62,993 nucleotides of DNA from Candidatus Omnitrophota bacterium (GTDB taxonomy: Bacteria; Omnitrophota; Gorgyraeia; 2-02-FULL-51-18), in NCBI GenBank assembly GCA_023247915.1, contig JAHFFN010000004.1, forward strand, positions 1 through 62,993. The letters run 5' to 3'. Position 1 is the stretch's first letter. Every line of letters begins with the position of its first letter. Positions 9,010 to 18,280 of the stretch are shown in pieces. The position numbers and the translations under genes were made by a program. The notes beneath the pieces were generated by a model. That model was not told the DNA's origin and ran no database searches. It saw only the letters and a program-made list of their open reading frames with translations.

Positions 9010-10014
9010 TTGGCGCGAGGCGCTCTAATAGCTTACTTCCGCTTAAATTTGCTTAGCCCGCGTGACGTCGTCCGGTATACGGTTGGAGTTGTCGCGTTAT
9101 TTCTATTTTTGGAAATAACCGTCCGGCTGTATGGCTTTGGGTTGGATGGGTTAAATTATAAAAAAATGAATAGCCTGTATCCTCCAGGCACCCTTATTTT
9201 GCAGGGCTCTAAAAACCATAAAATCTATACCGAATTAAAACCTAACCTAAATATTTATTACCGGTTTAATCCATTTAAAACAAATTCCAGGGGGCTTCGA
9301 GACAAGGAATATTCTCTAGAAAAACCAGCTGGTGTGTTTAGATTTGCCGTCCTTGGCAGTTCGCCAACGATGGGAGAGGGGATCGAGGCGGAAAAAACTT
9401 TTCATTCTGTTTTAGAAGATCGTTTGAATCGAGAGTCAAAGAAAATCGCTTACGAATTTATCAATTTTGCTGTCGATGGCTACCGAATCTCTAATTCTCT
9501 CGAGGTTTTAAAGAAAAAAGTTCCCCTGTATCACCCCGACGCCGTGTTGTTTTGTGTGTCTAATGAGTACTGCTGGTTTCCGAGCCGGTGTCCGAAAGAA
9601 GCCTACAAAGAGCCCGTGATGAAGCGGCCTTTTTTTCAAAGTCATTTATGGTTTCTTGTGACAAGAAAAAGCAGGGTTCAGGCGGTGGTCAGCCCAAATA
9701 AAAAAGCATATTTTGGCGTGGTAGACTCAAACATGAGAGAGCTTGCTCTTATCGGAAAAAGGCAGGGAATACCCGTCTATGTCATTGTTCAGGCTTATAA
9801 TCCCTATGACGCCGAAACGATTAAAAAAATCGCCAATAGCCATGACTTGGACGCGGTAACAATGAACAGCGGTTTCAGAGAAAAAAAACTTAGCGCCTAT
9901 TTTATCAGCCCTCTAGACCCCCACTCCAACGCGGAAGCAAATGAAATTTACGCCAAGATTGTCTATGATTTTTTGATGAATCGGCATCTTTTGGAGAAAA
10001 GCCATTCACAATAA
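9010..10014 (+). CDS. Membrane-anchored SGNH/GDSL-fold protein, paralog a (block I degenerate: G-S-S)
   Basis: ORF 8818..10014 overlaps the PEGA gene by 164 nt. The first plausible start beyond it is TTG 9010, ahead of TM helix VGVVALFLFLEITVRLYGF. NSRGLRDKEY, then FRFAVLGSSPTMGEG (block I), INFAVDGY, PLDPHSNAEANEIYA (block V-like). Confidence 0.6.
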   Translation: MARGALIAYFRLNLLSPRDVVRYTVGVVALFLFLEITVRLYGFGLDGLNYKKMNSLYPPGTLILQGSKNHKIYTELKPNLNIYYRFNPFKTNSRGLRDKEYSLEKPAGVFRFAVLGSSPTMGEGIEAEKTFHSVLEDRLNRESKKIAYEFINFAVDGYRISNSLEVLKKKVPLYHPDAVLFCVSNEYCWFPSRCPKEAYKEPVMKRPFFQSHLWFLVTRKSRVQAVVSPNKKAYFGVVDSNMRELALIGKRQGIPVYVIVQAYNPYDAETIKKIANSHDLDAVTMNSGFREKKLSAYFISPLDPHSNAEANEIYAKIVYDFLMNRHLLEKSHSQ

Positions 10015-10030
10015 ATACTTCAGACTGGTT

Positions 10031-10960
10031 TTGTCATTTGTAACCGCGTCGATTTTTTTCTTTGCGGCAGGGGAGGTTTTTGCGCGTCTTTATTCTTTAA
10101 ATCATAGGGTGTATGACATTGAGATGCTTCACTACGCTAATCGTCTTAAAGTGGAGTATCCAGACTCGACGGTTGGTCACTTTCATAAGCCCAACGCAAC
10201 GGCAAAATTAATGGGGGTAACCCTCGCGACTAACTCTGACGGGTTTAGAGATAAGGAATATCCTCTTTCAAAGAGCCAAGCTAGACGTTTGATTTTTCTG
10301 GGAGATTCGTTGACCTTGGGCTGGGGAGTCGAAGAAAAAGACACTTTCTCAACTCTTTTGGAAAATAAATTAAACCAGTTTAGTCCTACAGAAATTATTA
10401 ATTTCGGCGTTGGCAATTACAATACCGAGCAGGAAGTTCATTTGTTTCTCGATAAGGGTCTTCAGTATCATCCGGACGAGGTTGTTGTCTTTTATTTTAT
10501 CAATGACGCGGAGGAGGCCAAACCGGAAAATTTTAAAAATATTTTCAGGCATTCGGATCTGGCCGCTTTTTATTGGTCGGCGGTGACGCGTTTATCCAAC
10601 CGGCTTCGCTACGAGGCGTATTATCATGGGCTTTATCGGGAGGGGGATCGGAAGGGGTGGGCGCGGACGCAGGAGGCATTTTTACTGCTAAAACAGCGCT
10701 GTGTGGAAAATGGAATCGGACTTCGGGTGGTTTTACTGCCGGAATTGCATCGATTAAGGGATTACCCGTTTAAAACTGAGCATCAACTGGTGAAGGATTT
10801 TTTAGAGAAAAACCATGTCGCTTGTTTGGATCTGGCGCCATTTTTTTATGAAAAGGAACTTGCCTCTAAATTGTGGGTTGCCAAGGATGACGCACATCCT
10901 AATGCGGTGGCGCACCGCCTCATTGCCGCCGCTTGTGAGAAATTTGTGTCGTATGATTAA
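10031..10960 (+). CDS. Membrane-anchored SGNH/GDSL hydrolase-fold protein, paralog b
   Basis: TM anchor FVTASIFFFAAGEVFARLY. NSDGFRDKEY. Block I LIFLGDSLTLGWG, NFGVGNYNT, block V DDAHPNAVAHRLIA. Non-ATG start (TTG 10031 or CTG 10025). Confidence 0.8.
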   Translation: MSFVTASIFFFAAGEVFARLYSLNHRVYDIEMLHYANRLKVEYPDSTVGHFHKPNATAKLMGVTLATNSDGFRDKEYPLSKSQARRLIFLGDSLTLGWGVEEKDTFSTLLENKLNQFSPTEIINFGVGNYNTEQEVHLFLDKGLQYHPDEVVVFYFINDAEEAKPENFKNIFRHSDLAAFYWSAVTRLSNRLRYEAYYHGLYREGDRKGWARTQEAFLLLKQRCVENGIGLRVVLLPELHRLRDYPFKTEHQLVKDFLEKNHVACLDLAPFFYEKELASKLWVAKDDAHPNAVAHRLIAAACEKFVSYD

Positions 10961-11087
10961 AGAGTTTTGGAAGAAAAATAAATCGTATATTTTGATTTTT
11001 TTGATTCTCTATGCGGTTGGCACAATTTTAATCTTTATTCTTTCCGGAGACTCTCCGGAAAGGGCTTTTTACTATCAAGTTTGGTGA
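10953..11087 (+). CDS. Possible 44-aa single-TM micro-protein
   Basis: ATG 10953 overlaps the upstream stop (ATGATTAA). MIKEFWKKNKSYILIFLILYAVGTILIFILSGDSPERAFYYQVW. No family recognised. Confidence 0.3.
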   Translation: MIKEFWKKNKSYILIFLILYAVGTILIFILSGDSPERAFYYQVW

Positions 11088-11109
11088 CCTTGAAAGGTTC
11101 TGATAAAAC

Positions 11110-11982
11110 ATGACAGACGTTTACGCGAGTCAAATTTTTTCGTCAAAAAGCATCCGATGCGACACGGCAAGCGATTACGAAATACACATGCTGATTTGCG
11201 AGAGAGATGTGACGGAGGCCTTGTGGTGTCTTAAGACATTTTATTATTTTAGCGGACTTCGAACAAAGCTCTTTTTCCATGATGATGGGTCGCTGAAAAA
11301 CGGCTCGATCCAGACGTTTAAAAAACATTTTGTCGGTTGTGAGGTTATCCGGAAAATAGACGCGGACATTTTTTTAAAAAAGAGTTTGGGTGGTTATGAA
11401 TTTTGTTCGAGATACAGGCTCGATTCCTCGGATAGGATGACGATAACCTCAATGAAATTGTTCGACCCTATTTTTTATACACAAACCCATAAAACATTAA
11501 TATTGGACGCGGATGTTTTATTTTTTAAGAAGCCTACCGAGATCATGGAGTGCATGAGAGCTAATCGAGGCTGTTTTATGAGCGACTATCATGACGCCTA
11601 TTCTTTTCCTCGCGAAATTTTAAATCGCCTGTTAGGCGTAGAAATGAAAGAGAGTGTTAACACTGGCATTTTATATATTCCGTTGGATCTCCGAAACGAG
11701 TTGGGCTTCATTGAAACTTTTTTGAAATATTCTGGTGAAAATGGTTATCCGCACAGCAACTGGATCGAGCAAACTTCTTGGGCCGCGCTTTTTTCAAAAC
11801 ACCAAGAACTTTTCACGAGATTGCCGGCTTCTTACCAGATCGCGGATCAGAGGGCTATTGGTTCTGAGACGGTGAGCTGTCATTTGGTTCACAACGGCAC
11901 CCGAGAAAGCGTCTATCAGAAAAGCTTCGAATATCTCCAAGCTAAGAATTTTTTAGGAACTTTGAATGAATCCATTCTCTAA
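11110..11982 (+). CDS. Putative GT-A fold glycosyltransferase (GT8-like)
   Basis: DxD-type motif in TLILDADVLFFKKP, and NTGILYIP resembles the GT8 N-x-G motif. Weak, motif-only assignment. Confidence 0.45.
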   Translation: MTDVYASQIFSSKSIRCDTASDYEIHMLICERDVTEALWCLKTFYYFSGLRTKLFFHDDGSLKNGSIQTFKKHFVGCEVIRKIDADIFLKKSLGGYEFCSRYRLDSSDRMTITSMKLFDPIFYTQTHKTLILDADVLFFKKPTEIMECMRANRGCFMSDYHDAYSFPREILNRLLGVEMKESVNTGILYIPLDLRNELGFIETFLKYSGENGYPHSNWIEQTSWAALFSKHQELFTRLPASYQIADQRAIGSETVSCHLVHNGTRESVYQKSFEYLQAKNFLGTLNESIL

Positions 11983-12016
11983 TAGTTAATTTGCGCTTAA
12001 ATTTGCTTAGTATTAA

Positions 12017-12046
12017 TTTGACAAAAAGTCAAAGTTGGCTTGTAAA
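12017..12046 (+). promoter_or_regulatory. Candidate promoter/operator of the giant S8 gene
   Basis: Palindrome TTTGAC-AAAAA-GTCAAA (12017-12033) contains TTGACA (12018-12023). TGTAAA lies 17 nt downstream (12041-12046). ATG is at 12107. Confidence 0.3.
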
Positions 12047-12106
12047 CAGCCTCTGCGTCAAGTATCCTTTAAGGATAAAATTAACGGCGAAGCACTTAAA
12101 ATCAGA

Positions 12107-15100
12107 ATGAAAAAAATCTTAGCGGCTCTTCTGACGGTCACGACTTGCCTCAGTTTTTCCACCTGGGGAGTGGCTAGTCCTACCTTAAAGGGCAGTACCG
12201 TTTCTTTCTATCCTGTCATCGCCGGATATGAGCGCTTTTTTAGAGAAACTAAAGAGAGATTTGAACAGCTTCATAATCCTCGCTCAGAAAATCTTCAGAG
12301 CGTCGCGACTAGCGCAAGTTTAAAAAAGGCTTATTCTCAAACCAAGACCGCGCCCAGCGCTTCTAGCCATACCCAAGAGATTCAAATCATTCAGTTGGAT
12401 CGGCAAGAAGCATCCAATCTTTCCCGTTCCATAAAAGTAGATACTCCGACTCAAACCAGAATTTCTTCCGACTTTATCAATAACGTTGTTACCACGCCCG
12501 TATTATTTTCTAGTATCCAAATTCAGCGTATTTTTTATTCGCTGACAGATTCAATTAATATTATGCAGCTGGCACCGAATGACACCTATTACTCTGCTCA
12601 ATGGGCGCTTGCGGCTTTGAATATGGAGTCTGCCTGGGATTTTACTCGCGGCGCGGGAATCACGGTCGCTGTGATCGATAGCGGCATTCAATACACGCAT
12701 GAAGATATCGCGGCCAATATTTGGTCTAATCCCGGTGAGATCGCGGGAAATGGGCTTGATGACGATCATAATGGCTACGTGGATGACATTCGTGGCTGGA
12801 ATTTTAGAAGCAATAATTCCGATATCAGCGACACGGATGGACACGGGACGGCGACCGCGGGAACGATCGGGGCGGTTAACAATAATAACAAGGGAATATC
12901 AGGCGTAGCGCCAGGCGTCAAGATCATGGGGCTTCGAGCATTCAACGCGAATGACACATTTAATGATTTGTACACGGTGGTTGAAGCCATGATCAGCTCG
13001 GTGCGCTATGCCGTGGATATGGGCGCTCGCGTGATCAGCATCTCTCTAGGCTTTATCTCCGATTTTTTTGCGGGAAACCAACTGACCCGCTTTCAAGACT
13101 CTATTTCTTACGCGAGATCCAGGGGAGCGATTGTGGTGGCGGCCGGTGGTAACGGAGGCCAGGCCATGGATCTTTATCCCGCATTGTTCAACGACACCAT
13201 TGCGGTCGGCGCGCTCTACAAATCGCCTCTCGACGGCAGCATTCTTCGTGACAGTTATTCCAATTATGGAAATGATCTTGATTTTATGGCGCCCGGAACA
13301 AATATTCTCGTGCTTCGCATGGCCGGAAGCGATTATGCCTATTACAATGGAAACTCAAATTACACCCAGCAAAGCGGCACTTCATTTGCAACGCCGATCG
13401 TGGCCGGCGCCGCGGCTCTACTGCTGGCTCAAAATCCCCTGCAGACTTTTGATGACATTTATCGCCGTCTTAAATTTTCTTCTACGGATAAAGGGGCGTC
13501 GGGATTTGATACTGAAAACGGATGGGGGATGATCAATCCTTTTAAAGCGCTTTCGGAAGATTATTATAGCAATGGAAATATCAAAACACGTTTTTTAAGC
13601 GCGGCGGATTTTTACGGCATCATTCGCAAAGACTATGACACCGGCGGAAATCTGAGCAATCAGTATGACGCCTCCGGCAATCGAGGGGTTTTTGATTATT
13701 ATCCAGGCACCGGAAAAGTTCAGCGCGTCACTTTTTATAATCCGCAAAACGTGGTTCTGCTGACCAACGAATATTATGCCGATGGTGTTTCTATTTATCG
13801 CCGGCTTTATCCGGATGGGCATATCTTGGAATACGCTTTGGCTGGATGGCTTCAAAAGGAAAATTTTTCCAATGGGGACATTCGCTGGTATTTTGTAAGC
13901 GGCAATAATCAAAAATTTAGCGAATTACTTAGCGGAAAAATTTATGAATACCTTGATGAAAATTTCTACGGAAATGACGCTCAAGGGCATGGACGGGGTC
14001 GCAAGACTAAGGAGGTGACAACGGCTAATCTTGAATTTCGTTACACCGAATACTGGCCTGGCACTGACAAAGTAAAAACCAAAGAGATTTATCAAGGCGG
14101 TGTTCTTCAAAAAACTCAACGCTTTGCTTCCAACGGAACGACTTTGATTAGCGAAACTTCGCCCTCCGGTCTTGAGACTCGTTTTATCGAGTACTGGCCA
14201 GGCACCGACAAAATCAAAAAAACAGAAATTTATCAGTCCGGAAGCCTTCAAAAAACTCTGGGATACTACTTGGATGGCAATCTTCAGAGCTCCTTAAGCG
14301 CTTCCAGCGGTACTCTCGAAGAGTATCTGGATGAAAATTATTACCCAACCAGCACCATCGATTTTTCAGTCGTTAAAGACAGCTCCACCGCCAATCACGC
14401 TCTGACTCTCTCAGGAGACACCAAAATTGATCTGACAAATCAAAGAGTTGGAAGCGCGAATTCACTGCCTATTCGTTTGGATGGCAACACGGACTATATC
14501 CAAGCGAGTGACAGCCCCGACTGGGACTTTGGTACCGGTAACTTTACTTGGGAAACTTGGATCAAATTTTCTTCGACCAGCGGAGACATTGAATTATTTA
14601 GCCGTTCGGATAACGAATGGTCTCTGCAAAAAACAAATGGGGGAACTCTTCGGCTGCAATTAGGCGGGCCTGTTGTGAAGACAGAGCCATGGTCTCCGCA
14701 GACGGGAGTCTGGTACCATCTGGCCATCGAAAGGTCTTCCGGAAGTATTTATTTTTATGTGAATGGATCCGCGCTGGGGTCAGGTTCGCCTAGCAATGCC
14801 AGTATCAGCGGTTCAGATCCTATTCAAATCGGAGCCACCCACACTGGTGCGCGTTCTTTGAATGGATGGGTTGATGGATTTCGCGTCTCTACGGGTGTTG
14901 CTCGTTACACCGGAAACTTTACGCCTCCGATCGATCTGATCGCGGATGCGCAAAGCAGTTTAGCGCTGGCGCCCGCAATCGTCCCCACAAGCGCCGCACA
15001 AGGTCGAAAAACTCGCGAGCTTTTCCCTGATGGGCATGAATTTCGTTATCTCGAATATTGGACTGGCACCGACAAAGTAAAGACTAAGGAAATTTATCAG

Positions 15101-18100
15101 AACGGCGTTTTACAAAAGACGCAAAACCTGGCCGCGGACGGCGTGACGGTGATTTCAGAAGCGCTTCCCAGTGTTTATACCTATTTTCCTTCCGGCAATC
15201 GTAAGAGTCTTTACGATGGAGTGACACACACTACTTCGTATTATTTGGATGAAAACTTTTATGGGAATGATGGGCAAGGGCATGGGCGAGGCCGCAAGAG
15301 CAGGGAAGTAGCGGATACCGGACTTGAAATGCGCTACACCGAATATTGGACGGGTACCGATAAAGTCAAAACCAAAGAAATTTATCAAGGTGGCATTCTC
15401 CAGAAAACCCAAAGCTTCCTCTCGGATGGGGTGACCCTGTCTAGCGAAACCAATCTTTTTGGTGATCACTACGAGTTTTTCACCACCGGCAATCGTAAGA
15501 GTTTTTATGAAGCAGCTAGCCATGTCACTTATGAGTATTACGATGAAAATTTTTATGGCAACGATGCCGATGGTCACGGCCGTGGTCGCGTCTTGCAGGT
15601 GACGCAGCCGAACGGGGGAACTCTGCAATACAACGATTATTGGCCCGGCACGGACAAAGTAAAGCAAGCGACTTTAGCGCCCAACACGCCTGACGCTCAT
15701 CACTATGAGTACTATTTTACGGGCAATGAATTTCGTCATACGCCACCTTCAGGTGAAATCACGGAGCGATTGGACGAGAATTTTTATGGCAATGATTCCA
15801 TGGGCCATGGGCGAGGCAGAGCCAGCAAAGTAATTGGAACAGATGGTTTTGAAGATCGCTATATTGATTATTGGACTGGCACTGATAAAGCCAAAACGAT
15901 GGAGCTTTATTATTACGGAACGTTAGTTGCGACTATTGAGTACTACTCCGATGGTGTGAACGTTTCCAAAGAGACTCGTCCCGACGGCGCTGTGTATGAA
16001 ATTTATCAAAGCGGTAATTTGAAGAGCTCAACTAATTTGCTGGGTTATAGAGAATATTTAGATGAGTCTTTTTATGGTCCTTCTGAGTTTGGCTATCCTA
16101 TGGGGCGCATTTCTCGTCAAATTTTGGGTGGCGTAGAGTATCGCTACACCGAATACTGGCCAGGCACCGACAAAATCAAAACCAAAGAAATTTATCAGAA
16201 TGGCGTCCTTCAAAAAACTCAAAGATTTGCTTCGGATGGAACGACCTTGATCAGTGAAACTTCGCCGTCCGGTATCGAAACTCGTTTCATCGAGTATTGG
16301 CCGGGAACAACGACGCTAAAAAAAGTGGAGCTTTATCAAGCCGGTGTTTTTCAAAAGGCTTTGGAGTATTTCTCGGACGGCATTCAGATCTCCAAAGAAA
16401 CTCTGCCCAATGGCAATGTCACTGGGTATTATTTGTCGGGTCGCACGCAAAGCTTTTTGGATAGTTCTGCGGGTACGCTCACGGAATATCGTGATGAAGA
16501 TTATTACAGCGTTGGCACGACAGATCCCACGACGATCGAAGATGGTTCCAGCGCCGGTCATAGCTTGACGATCGCGGGGAATGCGCAAATTGATCTGACA
16601 AATAAGAGAGCCGCCAGCACCAATTCCATGCCTATTCGCTTAGATGGCAGTGGGGATTATGTTCAAGTCAATGATAGCCCCGACTGGGACTTTGGCACGG
16701 GTGACTTTACTTGGGAAACTTGGATCCAGTTTTCGTCCACCACCGGAGATATTGAACTGTTCAGCCGCTCTGACGCCGAATGGTCTTTGCAAAAAACACT
16801 TTCAGGGAATCTTAGACTTCAGCTAAATGATCGTGTCGTGAAATCCGAAGCGTGGTCGCCGGTAGCCGGAACTTGGTATCACGTGGCGGTAGAACGCTCT
16901 TCCGGAAATCTCTATTTTTATGTGAATGGAAATGTGCTGGGGACAGGCACTGCCGACAGCACCAATATCATTGGTTCTAATCCTATCCAAGTGGGCGCCA
17001 CGCATACCGGTGCGCGATCCCTCAACGGTTGGGTTGATGGATTTCGTGTTTCCAAGGGCGTTGCCCGTTACACGGGTAATTTTACCCCTCCGGCTGATCT
17101 TGTCGCAGATGGACAGAGCAATTTATCGCTAGCGCCCGTACTTGTGCCCGCAGGCCCCAGTCAGGGTCGCAAAACTCGTGAACTTTTATCCGATGGCTCT
17201 GAAAATCGTTACGTCGAATATTGGTCTGACACCGACACGGTGAAAACCAAAGAAATTTATCAGAACAGCGTGCTTCTAAAAACGGAGAGCTACGCTATCG
17301 GCGGGGCTATTCTCGCTACCACTTATTATGTGTATGCGGGAGATTCGATCCAAGCGATGATTGACCGGGCGGTTGCCGGAGATACAATTGTTGTTGGTTC
17401 CGGAACTTATCACGAGCATTTGATCCTAAAAGAGGGCGTGTCCTTAAAAGGACAGGACGCCAAGACGACGATTATTACCGGAGACAGCGCGGTTCAGACG
17501 CATGTGATTGTGGCGCGGGGGAATAACACGATTGAAAATCTTACGGTGACCGGCGGCGGAGCTTACAGTGGCTCGGCTTCAAGCGCGATCCGAGTCGAAG
17601 GCAATGAGGTCGTGATCCGAGGAAATCGTATCACCGACAATCAAGACTACGGCGTCCAGGTATGGTTCACGTCGGATCATGTCACCATCGAGCATAATTT
17701 ATTTTTAAATAACAAAGAAATTGGTATTCAGTTGCCGCAAAATCAAACGACGATTCAGAATAATACATTGGTTCACAACGGCATCGGCATCAATATTCTC
17801 GGCGGCGCGGCACCGACGATTGATAATAATGTGATTACTGACAGTACTTTTCAGGCAATTTATGAATACGCGGTGGCGCAGAACCCGACGGACGGTTACG
17901 CGCATGTTTCCAACAATACTTTCTTTAACAACGCCGAAAAAGGCGGTTATTACTCAAAGGGCGTTCCGCCGGCGGTGGCGAATCAAACGGATGGCAACCA
18001 AATTGCTGACCCGCATTTTGTGGATCCCACGCATGGAGATTATTCGCAACAATCCGTTTCTTCCGCCGCGGCGACTTCCGCTGTGGTTCTTAGCGCCGAG

Positions 18101-18223
18101 CTCTCCAGCTACTTTGATGTGAAGTCCCAACAAGCCGAAGAAAGAAATTCTCCTTTGTATGGGACGCTGTCCAGAAATATTCAGCAGATTCAGCCCTCCG
18201 CCACGTCCGCAAACGAGCGATAA
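12107..18223 (+). CDS. Giant secreted subtilisin (S8) - novel repeat array - LamG x2 - right-handed beta-helix protein
   Basis: ATG 12107 gives signal peptide MKKILAALLTVTTCLSFSTWGVASP. S8 triad: VAVIDSGI (Asp codon 12677), DGHGTATAG (His 12842), SGTSFATPIVAGAAALL (Ser 13382). Nine EYW(P/T)GTDKVKTKEIYQxGVLQKTQ repeats. Two LamG modules (DWDFGTGNFTWETW..WYHLAIERSSGSIYFYVNG..NGWVDGFRVS). C-terminal beta-helix (YAGDSIQAMIDRAVAGDTIVVGSGTYHEHL, NNTIENLTVTGG, IRGNRITDN, IQNNTLVHNGIGI). Confidence 0.9.
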   Translation: MKKILAALLTVTTCLSFSTWGVASPTLKGSTVSFYPVIAGYERFFRETKERFEQLHNPRSENLQSVATSASLKKAYSQTKTAPSASSHTQEIQIIQLDRQEASNLSRSIKVDTPTQTRISSDFINNVVTTPVLFSSIQIQRIFYSLTDSINIMQLAPNDTYYSAQWALAALNMESAWDFTRGAGITVAVIDSGIQYTHEDIAANIWSNPGEIAGNGLDDDHNGYVDDIRGWNFRSNNSDISDTDGHGTATAGTIGAVNNNNKGISGVAPGVKIMGLRAFNANDTFNDLYTVVEAMISSVRYAVDMGARVISISLGFISDFFAGNQLTRFQDSISYARSRGAIVVAAGGNGGQAMDLYPALFNDTIAVGALYKSPLDGSILRDSYSNYGNDLDFMAPGTNILVLRMAGSDYAYYNGNSNYTQQSGTSFATPIVAGAAALLLAQNPLQTFDDIYRRLKFSSTDKGASGFDTENGWGMINPFKALSEDYYSNGNIKTRFLSAADFYGIIRKDYDTGGNLSNQYDASGNRGVFDYYPGTGKVQRVTFYNPQNVVLLTNEYYADGVSIYRRLYPDGHILEYALAGWLQKENFSNGDIRWYFVSGNNQKFSELLSGKIYEYLDENFYGNDAQGHGRGRKTKEVTTANLEFRYTEYWPGTDKVKTKEIYQGGVLQKTQRFASNGTTLISETSPSGLETRFIEYWPGTDKIKKTEIYQSGSLQKTLGYYLDGNLQSSLSASSGTLEEYLDENYYPTSTIDFSVVKDSSTANHALTLSGDTKIDLTNQRVGSANSLPIRLDGNTDYIQASDSPDWDFGTGNFTWETWIKFSSTSGDIELFSRSDNEWSLQKTNGGTLRLQLGGPVVKTEPWSPQTGVWYHLAIERSSGSIYFYVNGSALGSGSPSNASISGSDPIQIGATHTGARSLNGWVDGFRVSTGVARYTGNFTPPIDLIADAQSSLALAPAIVPTSAAQGRKTRELFPDGHEFRYLEYWTGTDKVKTKEIYQNGVLQKTQNLAADGVTVISEALPSVYTYFPSGNRKSLYDGVTHTTSYYLDENFYGNDGQGHGRGRKSREVADTGLEMRYTEYWTGTDKVKTKEIYQGGILQKTQSFLSDGVTLSSETNLFGDHYEFFTTGNRKSFYEAASHVTYEYYDENFYGNDADGHGRGRVLQVTQPNGGTLQYNDYWPGTDKVKQATLAPNTPDAHHYEYYFTGNEFRHTPPSGEITERLDENFYGNDSMGHGRGRASKVIGTDGFEDRYIDYWTGTDKAKTMELYYYGTLVATIEYYSDGVNVSKETRPDGAVYEIYQSGNLKSSTNLLGYREYLDESFYGPSEFGYPMGRISRQILGGVEYRYTEYWPGTDKIKTKEIYQNGVLQKTQRFASDGTTLISETSPSGIETRFIEYWPGTTTLKKVELYQAGVFQKALEYFSDGIQISKETLPNGNVTGYYLSGRTQSFLDSSAGTLTEYRDEDYYSVGTTDPTTIEDGSSAGHSLTIAGNAQIDLTNKRAASTNSMPIRLDGSGDYVQVNDSPDWDFGTGDFTWETWIQFSSTTGDIELFSRSDAEWSLQKTLSGNLRLQLNDRVVKSEAWSPVAGTWYHVAVERSSGNLYFYVNGNVLGTGTADSTNIIGSNPIQVGATHTGARSLNGWVDGFRVSKGVARYTGNFTPPADLVADGQSNLSLAPVLVPAGPSQGRKTRELLSDGSENRYVEYWSDTDTVKTKEIYQNSVLLKTESYAIGGAILATTYYVYAGDSIQAMIDRAVAGDTIVVGSGTYHEHLILKEGVSLKGQDAKTTIITGDSAVQTHVIVARGNNTIENLTVTGGGAYSGSASSAIRVEGNEVVIRGNRITDNQDYGVQVWFTSDHVTIEHNLFLNNKEIGIQLPQNQTTIQNNTLVHNGIGINILGGAAPTIDNNVITDSTFQAIYEYAVAQNPTDGYAHVSNNTFFNNAEKGGYYSKGVPPAVANQTDGNQIADPHFVDPTHGDYSQQSVSSAAATSAVVLSAELSSYFDVKSQQAEERNSPLYGTLSRNIQQIQPSATSANER
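14039..15127 (+). repeat. Copy 1 of a ~1.1-kb intragenic duplicated module (2 short repeats + LamG + linker + 1 short repeat)
   Basis: RYTEYWPGTDKVKTKEIYQGG .. DWDFGTGNFTWETW .. GRKTRELFPDGHEFRYLEYWTGTDKVKTKEIYQNGVLQKTQ. Collinear with copy 2 at an in-frame offset of 2103 nt (701 codons). Confidence 0.85.
16142..17290 (+). repeat. Copy 2 of the ~1.1-kb intragenic duplicated module
   Basis: RYTEYWPGTDKIKTKEIYQNG .. DWDFGTGDFTWETW .. GRKTRELLSDGSENRYVEYWSDTDTVKTKEIYQNSVLLKTE. By eye the DNA is diverged but clearly alignable with copy 1, for example the shared stretch agccccgactgggactttgg. Confidence 0.85.
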
Positions 18224-18280
18224 GCCATAACTTCATCCCTCCGGTAGACCTCGTCTGACATATACGGTACAATCAGGCGA

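Noticed and set aside
9011-9025. TGGCGCGAGGCGCTC resembled the start of a sigma-54 -24/-12 promoter.
   Set aside because: The GC of the -12 element is not at the required distance from the GG (positions 14-15 read TC).
9040-9056. Exact 17-mer CGCTTAAATTTGCTTAG occurs at 9040-9056 and again at 11994-12010, the latter just upstream of the giant S8 gene. I considered a shared regulatory box.
   Set aside because: By rough counting, about 0.2 exact 17-mer matches are expected by chance in a 63-kb window on both strands, and more for AT-rich words. The first copy probably lies inside the coding region of SGNH paralog a (..YFRLNLLS..). This is not enough evidence for a motif.
14430-17095. The two similar LamG-coding segments might be a template/variable repeat pair of a diversity-generating retroelement.
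   Set aside because: There is no reverse transcriptase in the window. The copies are about 500 nt long and differ at all four bases rather than only at adenine positions. They are part of a larger in-frame module duplication.
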